The position numbers and the translations under genes were made by a program. A DNA stretch of 45,886 nt, taken from Octopus bimaculoides (lineage: Eukaryota). The notes below the pieces were generated by a model, which was given only the letters and a program-made list of their open reading frames with translations, was not told the origin of the DNA and did not search any database. This document shows positions 19,790 to 32,500 of the stretch, one piece after another; the stretch's first letter is position 1; each line of letters starts with the position of its first letter. The stretch spans positions 21,991,317 to 22,037,202 of the forward strand of contig NC_069003.1 in NCBI RefSeq assembly GCF_001194135.2, written 5' to 3'.

Positions 19790-21012
19790 AAAGATGATTT
19801 TTCAGGACTGTAATGATACTGAGCCTCTATTACATAGAGCAGGTATGGAAAAACTCTTCTCCTGGCAATTGGAGACTTTTCTCAATAGTTCAAAGCAAAG
19901 TCTATGTTCTCCACAATGTGAATGAATTTGGTTTGATGTCAGTAGCTCACTCAATGAGAGCAAAAGAGAAACTTATGAAAGTGAAACAGGTTTTGAATTT
20001 AATGTCCTACAATCAACAAGAGTAGATCATGTGTAGATCTGAAGATGGTTTGTTTCCTCCTTGGGCAAGAGAGTGGGTACGTGAAATACCTGTGCGTTCT
20101 TTGCTTGTGAGATAGTAGAGTAAAATCTGAACATTAGCATAGAAAGGAGTGACCAATAAGACATCATATGAATGTTGAGGAAAAAAAGAAGAAAAAAAAG
20201 GCATTTTGACAGGAATTCTCACCACCTCAGATTAAGATGAGTTTTATGAAGCAATCTGTGAGAGCCATAGACAAGGAAGGGGACTGCTTTGGCTGTATTC
20301 ATAGATCCTTTCAAGGGCTTAGTGGAGAAAAACTGAAAGCATGTCAGGGATCCAAATTTTGTACTTTCTATGAATGAAAGTTGAAGCAACAGCCCAGAAT
20401 GCATTTGTAAAGGTTATAATCAAAATTCCCTTGAAATGTAAAGAATGGCAGCTGCATTGAAATAGTTAACCAGTTAATTCATGGTTTTAATAACCTTGGT
20501 TATATAACAAGAGTATTAAAGTACATTTTTTTCTGCTCAACACCTGGTAAGCTTTCCTGAAAATCTGGGTAGTGTAAGCAATGAACAATATAAATGTTTC
20601 TACCTGGGTCTTAAAACAATCAAGGAATGTTACCAGGGATAGCGTAACGATGGCAGATTTTCATTGAAATGGGACTGTAACAAAATTTCCCACTGAGAAA
20701 GATTAAATGAAAGAACATTTTTACCATAGTAAATGAGTTAACTCAGAAGTTTTCATCAATTGTATTACAACTTTGTTTTTGCAAAACTAATCGTTAATTT
20801 TTCATGACTTTGTATTCTTGTAAACAGGTTCAACCAGAGTTTCTTACTGGGGCATAAATAGCATTTTTCAAAATACTGTCGGTTTCTGTAGCAAAACAAT
20901 CAGATGTGCAGAGCAAAAAGGAATGGGCTTTTTTGAAATCAGTACCTTGAAATTGGTAAAAAAAAAAAGTTAAAATGTCTCATGAACAAGACTTTTTTTT
21001 TTCAGGCCAGTG
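19790..21012 (+). mobile_element. Decayed DNA transposase, probably Chapaev3/CMC type
   Basis: Frameshifted motifs WRLF..SS, LHN.N, DLKMVCFLLGQESGYVKYLCVLC and IKVHF...FPENLGSVSNEQ...CYQG; terminus ...ccagtg at about 21012. Confidence 0.68.
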
Positions 21013-21913
21013 TTGAAATATATCAGGGGGAACCCTTGCTACTTAACCCAAGGCATGCAACTTTAAAATGAAAGCCATATAATTGATGGTAAGGTATATA
21101 TATCATCTTCCCAGCTGTCTCCATAAAAGAATAAGATTTTTTTAAATACTTTCATTTAAATATCATGGCAAACAGTGCATGCAGGAACTGCATCATGTAT
21201 ATATATGTAATGCACATAGAATCATGTACACATATATAAATTTAAGTGTATGGAAATGTAAAAAAAAAAAAAAAAAAAAAAAAANNNNNNNNNNNNNNNN
21301 NNNNNNNNNNNNNNNNNNNNNNNNNNNNNNNNNNNNNNNNNNNNNNNNNNNNNNNNNNNNNNNNNNNNNNNNNNNNNNNNNNNNNNNNNNNNNNNNNAAA
21401 AAAAAAAAAAAAAAAAAAAAAAACACACACACACATACATACACACGTGTGTGTATTAAATGTTTTAGCACAGGTGTTTTGGTGCCATTTATTTAGGCTT
21501 CAGAAGTTTTCATGTTTCTCTCATTCTCTCCCTCATTCTCTCTGCTTTTGCAATGTTAGCATATTGCTCTGTGTGTATGAGGAATGGAAATGTGTTCACA
21601 TGAGTTGGGTTCTAAATAAATAAATTGCAATGCCCCTACACACACACTCCTTTCTCTGAACTTGCCTCCGGTGCCAAAACAGCTTCAATATCCAGTCAGC
21701 TGTGCCGAATCTTCATCTAAAGAGCTGTGCCATTTATAAATGAAACAAGGACACATGTATAAATACATGCATACTCAAACGCATGTATGATCTTTTTTTT
21801 TTTTTACTGTGTTGAAGAGACAAGTTACCAATTTCTGCTACTTTGCATAGACAAGACACCATCAACCAACCATTGCAGAAGATGCACATCTACCATGCAG
21901 CAGGACAAGCCAG

Positions 21914-21978
21914 TCAATTTTTGTTGAAACCATACAGACAATAATGGTAGACCTGTTGCAGCTGGCTGGTGTTGGAAG
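21914..21978 (-). CDS. ITFG2: Probable ITFG2 terminal coding exon (P)[20 protein letters not shown]
   Basis: Polypyrimidine tract plus cag acceptor, phase 1 fits the previous exon; loosely resembles human LLHQTLYH. Candidate AATAAA on the minus strand at 21488-21493. Confidence 0.7.
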
Positions 21979-24900
21979 CTGAAGAAAAAGACACAAAACA
22001 TGTATCAACCTAAATGCATTAACATGCGTACAAATGAATGCATGCATTCTAATACATACGCTAGTGCAGAATTTCTGAAACTGGTCCCGGAGAACACCAG
22101 GGCCTGTGAAAATATTACAGGGTTCTGCCAGATAAAATGTTCTTTAAATAGAATTTAATAAAAATTGCATGGCACCTTGTTCAAGTGTGTTCTACAACAG
22201 CGCTAGACCAACCAAAGTTTTGTGAATGGATTTATAAATGGAAACTGAAAGAAGCCCATGTGTGTGAACATGTATGTCTTGCCAAGCTAATTCTTTTATT
22301 TTTTTTACTTATTTTACTCATTAGACTGCCACCATGCTGGAGCAACATCTTGAATTTTAGTAAAATGAATCAACCCCAAAACTTATTTATAAAGCCTGGT
22401 ACTTATTCTATCAGTCTCTTTGTTGAACTGCAAAGTTATAAGGACATAAACACACCAACAGACACACACATATATATACACAATTATCTTTCAGTTTCTG
22501 TATAATATATCCACTCACAAGGCTTTTGTTGGCCCAAAAGCTATAACAGAAGACACTCACCCAAGGTGACACACAGTGGGACTGAACCTGTAACCATGTG
22601 GTTGGGAAGCAAATTTCTTACCACACAGCCACACCTGAACGAACATCATACAGAATAGAGTAAATTATACCTTTCCATAGAAAACTCTGCCCCATTGTAG
22701 TTTTGTTGGACGCATAAAAAGCATGGAAAAGGTAGACGTTAAGATGACAGTATGATTTTTATACAAACAGTTCCTAAAGCAACTAGGTTTCAAAGTTTTA
22801 TTAAAATTAGAATGTTGGAAGTTATCCTTAGCATGTAGGCATAGATTCTGCAACTAAAGTTTAGAAGTTATTCTAGTCTGTTGCTAAACAGAAATACACT
22901 AATTCTGTTCTATTTACTATGAGTTTCATATTTTAAATTGAATTTAGCTGAAAATTTTAGAATTTAAATCTTAATATTTTGTGTTGAAATTATATTTGTT
23001 TTAAAGAATTTAAAATTATCTCTATATAAAATTATATATGTAAACATTGGTTGATTTCTCCCGTCATGTTTACATTGCAGAGAGAGACAACATAAGAGGT
23101 ACATGATGAGTGCACATACTAGGCTTGGTGACAGGAAATGTGGCAAGAGAGGGAGTAAATAACAATAGTTATGGGAATAGTGATACAAATGAGAATTTTT
23201 TGTTTTATTTTAAGGCAAATATTTTTTCTTTTGAAAATTAATATTCATTCATTATCATTCAAGCACAAAGAATTTTGACAACAGTCAAATTATAATTATT
23301 GGTTTCAAATTTTAGTACAATGCCTGTTACTTCGGAGGAGGTGGTAAGTCGATTATACTGACCCAGTTCTCAACTGGTACTTATTTTATTGACCAGAATG
23401 GACGAAAGGCAAAGTTGACCTGGGCACAATCTGAACTCAGAACATGAAATGTCGCAAACCATTTTCTCTTTTGCATCTTTCATTATTTTCTCCAAGACTT
23501 TTTCCGGAGGTTTCTCCTTTCTTTGTTCCTTCCCATTCCTTGTCATACTTAACATCAATCTTTTTGCCTTTCCTCTTCCTCCTTCACTATTTTCTGTTTC
23601 TTTATCATTCACCTCATATTGCACCTTTCATCCAATTCTGCCACCTCGCCCCCTTATATGATTATTACCGTATTTCCTGACATTACTCACGGGGAACAAG
23701 TATACTTTTAAAGTTACCTGTCATATGATGAGTAGCAATATTTACAATACAAAATTAAATGAAAACGTTTGCTTGACATAATTACTTCCCTTAGATATTG
23801 TAACCTGTACTTTTTTCTTCAGTAATTTCACTACACACGTGCAAGACAGTCACACACAAACACTTGTACATACATCAACACACAAACTAAGACAGACCAC
23901 TTTCTGTGATATGGTCAATTATTGGGAATTGACTATTCTAATAATAATTGCCAGATCAGATTGGAGCCTGGTACAGCCTCCTGGTTTGCCAGTCCTCAGT
24001 CAAACCTTCCAACCCATGCCAGCATGGAAAGCAAACATTAAACAATGATGATGACATTCAATTGCAAATTAAAAGCTGTGCTAGTGTTGTAAACATTATT
24101 GACCATACATACTCTATGTATTTTGCTTGTTTGCTGCGGTATAGTGCTTTGGGGATGACACCATTCATAACAGTGGATGTTAAAACCCCTTTTTCTATGA
24201 CTTTCAGGTGTTTTAACACCCAGTACTATGAAGGAGGTGTCTCCAAAGTGCTATCCTGTAATGAACAAACAAGTAAAACGCATGCAATTTATGCAGTTGG
24301 TTTTACCTATGACATATGTGGGAAATTTTGTCTGTGGGTGTGTATGTGGAGTTGTTAGCTAACTCCCCCTACATCGTTTTATCGATTTTGATAAAACTTG
24401 ACACGTGAGTAGAACTCATGTCTGGAAACCTCATGGCATACTCAGATTGTACTCAGACTTTACAATTTGAGTATTCATAACTGATTGGGTATTCCTAAAA
24501 ACAAGATCCTGTGTAAGACAGTTTGGTATTCTGTGTAAATGCACAAAAACTGTTTTAAGGGTTACATACTTTGTATTGCTGTCATTAGGTTAGTGAAAAA
24601 ATTATGAGAATGGAACCAAGGGATAAGCCCCGCTTTCCCGGGAATAACCAAGTACATCAGCTAGTGTATATATATATACATATATATAGTAATAATATTA
24701 GGGAACAAAAACTTATTCCAACCTTACAGGCAAAAATCGGTATAATATTACACCGGGTTTCGTAATATATAATATATATGTATATAACTAATTTAGAGAC
24801 GAACCACCACTCTACAACTCAGTCAACTAAGAACCCATCCAAAACCAATCTGTGAGGCATATACTATATCAATATTTATCTAAGATTTTAATCTCAAATT

Positions 24901-26532
24901 TTAATAATATATAATATATCATATAAAGAAACATTCATCATAAAAATATTAATTTAAAAATCAAATAAATTATAAATAGGACAGCAAAAATTAATACAAT
25001 AATATAATGTGTGAAAGTATGAATGTATAAAAGTCAACAAGGTTAAATCATTATGGAAGTAAATAATAGTAAAAAAATGTGTTAGTGTATAAAGTTAATA
25101 AAAGACGTAAGTCAATATTGTTTAGAAAATTAAAATTAGAAAACATGACTTATCTGCCGGCGAGTTACTGTAGATTAAACCAAAATGAGTATACTATAGA
25201 ATTTATACTAAAAGGTCAAGTGATAAATATGGCGTCTATTACCCAGGGGTAAATGCGTATTATAATAACGAAAATATCGAAAGAGAAAATCTACCTAAAA
25301 TAGAAAGTTTATTGAGGATTAAAAATACTAAAATTCTTAAAACTCAGATTTACGCAGAATAATAACTATACCACATACGAAGATTATATATTACGTAAAT
25401 AATGCTATGAAACATTGTAAAAGACTGCTCATATTATCGTTGAATACTTTATAGTCAAAGGTAGTTATATGTTCTGATTTTGTATAATATTGTGATGATT
25501 AAAGTGTATTCTAAAGCTAATTTGATGTATTTAATGCTACTGATCATAACTATAAGTTGGTACCTTAATCTGGGTTTAAATAAATAAATTAGTTATCTAA
25601 ACTTATTATATAAGTAATTTATGTCTGCATTTAACATGATGTTCATCGTGGGAGTTAATCAATTTTTTATTGGCTAATAATATCTCTTTAAATTTGTTAG
25701 TAAGTACATAATAAGCAGAATTGCAAACTATTTCCCATTTTAACTCGTATTCTATTCTTTTTGATTTACGTTCCCAAATGTATTTACTAAGGCCCATAGA
25801 GTTCATTAAATTTCTGTTCTTAAAAGAATTCATATGTTGAGCCACCCTGGATTTAATTTTATTGGAAGTTGATCCAATGTAAGTAGTATTTATGTTATCA
25901 TTATTACTACAGTTATTATCCTTCAAAATCACTATACATTTATATACTATGTCCTCAACATTACATCTATTATTAAATTTACATTTAGTCTTATTGCTAC
26001 AATTACAATCAATTGTATTTTGGACTCCAATGGAGGTATTACTTAATTTATTATTGTAAAACTTATTTAATTTAAATTTATTAAAGGATGAAATGATGTT
26101 GCCAACATTATTAGTGGTAGAGTAACCAACTCCATATTTATTGCTAGAATTCGACCTGAAGAGTGACTGATTTTGGGAGTAAAATCATTTCCCCATTCTA
26201 ATGAACTTGGATAGAATTTGCTTATGATTTTATATAGTCCTATTTCAGTCATGAAACGCATGTAGTCTATGAACTAGCACTGACTTTTATACATTTATAC
26301 TTTCACACATTATATTATTGTATTAATTTTTACTGTCCTATTCATAATTTATTCGATTTTTTAATTAATATTTTTATGATGAATGTTTCTTTATATGATA
26401 TATTATATATATTATTAAAATTTTAGATTAAAATCTTAGATAAATATTGATATGGTATATGCCTCACAGCATGGTTTTGGATGGGTTCTTAGTTGACCAA
26501 GTTGTAGAGTGGTGGTTCATCTCTAAATTAGT

Positions 26533-26572
<40 letters not shown>

Positions 26573-29500
26573 AACCTGGAACCAATAGATGTGATCTATG
26601 GTTAGAAGAATTTTACAGGATTTTAACATCTAAGGGTAATGTAATTGTAGACAGGAGCAAGCACTGAAATGCTTGCACATGAGGAAATTCACATTTGCCA
26701 AGTATCAATGAATAATAATCATTTAAACTATACAAGGTTTTGAAATGACGGACTGAGAATGATTATCCAATAAAAAATTGAAATAGAGATTGTTTGCATC
26801 TAACTTAACAGATAGCTCTACATTATACAACGCAGAGTTTATAAAAGAAAATCATTAAACGGCCATACTGAGGGATATCAAGTTAAGACCCTGAAGAGAC
26901 TGCACTGTTTTATAGTAGGGTTGCAATTGCAACAATTACTAATGGGTGTAATTTAAACGTGTTGGTCTTAAAAGGCGATATATAATTATGAAATTAAAGG
27001 TAAGGCAATTGCTACTTCAGAGTAATCATTTTTGATATTGTCATAGACAAAGGTCTTTTAACACCCAGTGCTAGAAAGGGAACAATAAACTCCCTTGCTC
27101 ACAACACATGGACACAGACCATGTGTAGGTAGCCAGCTGGAAAAGAGGTTTTCCTGGGGTTAAAAAGTAGTAACATCATCCTACATAGGACTGCCATGTA
27201 GACTTTATATATATATATAATTTGACTGTGGCCATGCTAAAGCACCATCTTTAGTCGAACAAAGCCTAGTACTTATTCTAATGGTCTCTTTTGCTGAACC
27301 TCTGAGTTACAGGGACAAACTAAAATCGGTTGTCAAGCAATGGTGCAGGGACAAACACAGACCCACAAATACGTATGGGCTTCTTTCAGTTTCCATCTAC
27401 CAAATCCACTCGCAAGGCTTTGGTCGGCCTGAAGCTATAGCAGAAGACACTTGCCCAAGGTTCCACGCAGTGGAACTGAACTCTGAACCATATGGTTGGG
27501 AAGCAAGCTTCTTACCACACATCCACTCCTGTGCCATATTCTTTTATTCTTTTAGTTGTTTCAGTCATCTGACTGTGGTCATACTAGAGCACTGCCTATA
27601 TATTATTTTATGTTATAATAAAAACCACAAATTTTGTTAAATACAGCTACCCAGGGTTTTCTGATTGAAATAATAATTTATTTTATTTTTCGAGTTGAGA
27701 ACAAGACCGTTTGTCAGTTGGCTTTTTTTATTATTTCAACCAGGAAGCACCAGGTAGCTGTATTTAAACAAGATTGGTGGATTTTATTGTAACTTATCTT
27801 TACTCTCTTAGCTGATTGAGGGTTTTCTATTAGCTGAAGCCTTACCACATCATCATCATTTAGCATCTATTGTCCATGCTGGCATGGGTTGGACAGTTTA
27901 ACCAGAGCTGGCAAGCTGATTTGGCACAGTTTCTATGGCTTGATGCCCTTCTTAACACCAACCACTGAGAGTGTAATGGGTGCTTTTACGTGCCATTTGC
28001 ATGATACCAGTATCTGCCACAACAGCTTGGTGGGTTTTCTCAAGCACAAAATGACAAAGGTCTCAGTCGTTGCCTCCATGAGGCCCAACACTCAAAAGGT
28101 GCTTTTTATGTGCCACCAGCATCAGCCACAACTATAATTTCACTTGACTTGACGAATCTTCTCAAGCACAGCATATCACCAATGGTCTCAGTCACTAGTC
28201 ATTGCTTCTGTGCTTCACCACCACATCCCATGTCTTCCTGGGTCTACCGCTACCACAGGTTCTCTCAACAGTTAGAGATCGGCACTTCTTTACACAGCTG
28301 TCCTCATCCATATGCATCACATATCAGCACAGTCGTCTCTCTTGCACACCACATCTGATGCCTCTTATGCCCAACTTTTCTCTCAAGATGCTTAAACATT
28401 ACACACACACAAACACGAGTATCTTTCAGTTTCCATCTGTCAAATCCAGAACAAAAAAAAGCCTTTGGTTGGCCTGAACCCGAAACTATGTAGTTTGGAA
28501 GCAAACTTCTTAATCACACAGCTGTGTGGAAAAACAGTGGGAAGAGAAGGCATTTGCTTACGGTCAATACTCAGCTTCTTGAGAATTTCCTTTGTCTCCG
28601 GTTGTTTAGCCATAACTTCAATGAGGTCAGTGGCAGCAACTTGAGGCAGGCGGATGTTATGATAAAGATAGATGTGCCTATTGAATGTCGCATACACAAA
28701 GCATGGAACGTTACTCTGTGGGTTGATAGCATAGAAACCTGCAATAAACAAACAAATGGTGTCATGAATAGGTAGTCAAGTATCTTGCTCAATGGCTTAA
28801 CAACACAATATTCAACAAGGATTTTAAACTACAACAACAGAGAGTAGAGCAAATAGACTCAGCCTTTATACTGCTATCATTAGTAATAATTGGTTGTTTA
28901 ACTTTGGTTTTCATGCTCGCATGGTATATAGGGGAAAGGAACATTTGGACGTAGGATTCTTATCTTTTTAAAATTCACTTGTCCATGCTTGCAGGAGTCA
29001 GATGGAATTTGTTGAAGGGTTTTCTGTGGCTGGATGCCCTTCCTGTTGCCAACCCTCACTTGTTTTCAAACAAAGTAATATTTACTCCATGACTAGATGC
29101 GTTTCCAAAGAAGTGACACATACACATGCTGGGTTTCTTTCAGGTTTCATCAACCAAACCTACTCACAAGGTTTTGGTTGATGGAAATGGAAACTAGAGC
29201 AGAAGGCACGAGAATGTGACTATCGTTAACTCAGATAGCTGGTCCATCTGTTGGGTCTACATTAGGAAACCTCCTCCTATGCATTCTCCATATTTAGCAG
29301 CCTCTCAGAATGGCCCGCTTCTTTTGCAGAATCGCTAAGTGCAAGTGTACCATCATCCATCTGAACATACTTCTCTCCTTCAGCATCACAGTCTTCTCTG
29401 ACACACACTCTTTGAATCTGGAACAGCTAATGCCTCAGATACTCACATCACAGAACATTGGAAAACTTCTTCCTTTTTGCTTCTCCTCTAACTCTACCTG

Positions 29501-32500
29501 TTGCCTAGCTTCCCTTCTAGCTATTTGGTATAGTTTTCTGCTACTAATACTCTTCCAGTCCTGTTTTTTCATTTATGATATGGAGGGGCTGGTACAGGAT
29601 GGCCAGCAATGCAGAGTACTGGTGGACCTGGTCAGCTCTATGCAGGATGTCTCTGTGACCACTAACTTGGGATGACCACGGCCCCATCAAGCAAGCAATA
29701 TTTAGTTCCAAGCCAACCACATGGTTGTAAAGCAGTCACAAATGTAATATGAAAAATGTCACCATGTCCCACTAAATTTGGTTGGGACTTTGCTCCTGCC
29801 ACAAATTTGGTATTTGTCCCCCAGTAAGTTATCCCACAAGCATTTCCAGTTGTTCACTACATTATACATCACTATCTCCTTCTTCTCATCACATACTTCA
29901 ATTAGGATGTCTCTAAATTTCTGACTATTCAAAGGACCCTTAAGCTTCCAAATCTTCCTTTTCCAAACTGGTTGATTTTTGGAATCTTTCTGGCCCAAAA
30001 TCTGAAGTTACTACTTTTATAATTCACTGGTTCAATGTTGATGGGTACAAGTATGCTTATCCACATAAAAAATAAGCAGCCTTGCAGCATGAGGATGCAA
30101 ACATAAGCAATAATCAAAGCATTTTGGGTGATTGTTGGGAAATGTCTTTGCAATCTGAACAGAATAATTATTGACACTTGTTATAATAGATAAATTTGTG
30201 ATAAGTGCAACATAGTTCACATTTAGGATACTGTATTGTCCTAGATAAATGAATTAGGGATAAGCAAGGACAGATGTATTTATTCTAGGAATGCTTGATG
30301 AGATGAGAAGTAAACTCTATGCTATCAGGTCTTGAACTCGCAACACTAGCAATACATCAATCATTCACAGATCAATGTGTTATTTATCGATAAGAGACAT
30401 ACAAATAGTGAAATTTACCAGCAGCAAAGGCAGCAACGTTTTCTTCAAACTGGAATCGAACAGCTTCCCGATCATGGTTCACAATATATGTTTGACCGTC
30501 CCATGAACAGCAGACCACTTCTTCAGTTCCATCACCTGTAACATCCAGTTTACTGAGAGAGAACAACTGGTGATCCACCTGTAAACTCCACTGGGGTTTG
30601 TTCTGGTCAAATAACATTAAAGAACCTAAAGAAGAAAAAAAAAATACATATATAAAACACATGGTTGTGCAGTTAACCTTTTTGTTACTATAGTTCTGTT
30701 AAAATAAACTGTCTTTCTTTCAATTAATTTTCTAAATAACAAAAAATTTAGTATAATAGCATTCAGATAACTCCATCAAAGGAAATGCTTATTTTATCCA
30801 TTGTTTTGAATTAATCATTTAATATCTTGTGGCTTTGCAATTTTGATGATGTTACTCTATATTCTTAGAATGACATTGTTAGGTGGGTGTGAGAGGCCTG
30901 GTCTGTTTAGTTTGAACCTAAAACAAGCAGAATATTTGGGCCAGGATAGGACCAGTTTAAATGCTAAAGGCTTAAGATGGTGTTTGGAACATACATTTTG
31001 ATGGAAGGGTTTAATTTAAATCATTTTAAAACAAGTTGGTTTCATAGAACCAGGGCCAGTCCCAGGAGGGGTCGGTAAAAGAAAGGTCTTTTATCTTTTA
31101 CTCGTTTCAGTCATTGGACTGCGGCAATGCTAGGACACAACTTAGAAGGATTTTAGTCAAACAAATTGACACCAGAACATATTTTCTAAGCCTAGTGCTT
31201 AAGCTATCGGTCTCTTTTTGCCAAACCGCTAATTTACATGGACATAAACACTGGTTGTCAAGCAGTGATGAGGGGGACAAAACACTAAGACACAAACAGA
31301 TACATATATAAACATATATAACAAGCTTCTTTCAGCTTCCTTCTACCAAATCTACTCACAAGGCTTTGGTTGGCCCAAGGCTATAGTAAAAGACATTTGC
31401 CCAAGATGCCACACAGTGGGACTGAACCAGGAACCAGGTAGTTGGAAAGCAAGCTTTCTTATCACACAGCCATGCCTGTGTCTATAAAGTGAAGAAGTTT
31501 GCTTCACAGCCATGTGGGTTGGGTAGAAAACCCTCACCCAAGAAGTTGTGGATTTCTCAGGCAAATGTCTTCCACCATAACCCCAAGCCAACCAATGCCT
31601 TGTGAGGGAATTTAGTAGATGGAAACTGTTAAAGAGTTTGTGTATTTGCAAAACAACATTCTAGACAAACATCTAGATCTGGCCTCTCACACCTAGCCTA
31701 CATTGTTTGTCATTCTAAAAATAATCACATCATCAAAAAGATGAAGCTACAAGATAATGAAAGATAAATCCAAAACAATGTGAATAAATAAGCATTACAT
31801 TTGACAGAATGATCTGAATACTAAAAGGTTAAATAAATTTAACCGTTTAGTATTTAAATCAGCCATATCAGACCAAAATATTCTGTTTTATGTTCAAACC
31901 AGCCAGATCTGGCTTCTCATGTCTACCCTACAATGTTATTCTAAAAATAAACAATTACATCAAAAAGCTACAAGATGATACATGATTAATTCAAAACAAT
32001 GTGAATATATAAGTATTACATTTGACATGCCAGTACCGCCTTTGTGCGGGTGACATGTAAAAGCACCCACTACACTCTCTGAGTGGTTGGCGGTAGGAAG
32101 GGCATCCAGCTGTAGAAACTCTGCCAAAACAGATTGGAGCCTGGTGTTGTCATCTGGTTTCACCAGTCCTCAGTCAAATCGTCCAACCCATGCTAGCATA
32201 GAAAGCGACGTTAAACGAGGATGATGATGATGATGAAAGTAATCTAAATGCATGGAACACTTAGGTCTGCTCAGTCAAGGCTGGCTTGGAGCTAAATATA
32301 CTTGGTTGTTTCATGTTCTTGCTTGATGGGCCTGGGGTCATCCCAAGTTAGTGGTCCCAGAAATGTCATCATGCATAGTGCCAACCACATCCACCATTGC
32401 TTTTCATTACTGGCGGTCCCATACCAGCCCCTCTGCATCCTCCAAGGTAACATCAAGACTCTGGAGATCTTCCCCAATCACGTCCAGCCATCTGGTGCAG

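Noticed and set aside
26240-26275. GAAACGCATGTA as the 3' half of a hammerhead near the Penelope arm
   Set aside because: No CUGANGA with a pairing stem II upstream; too incomplete to call.
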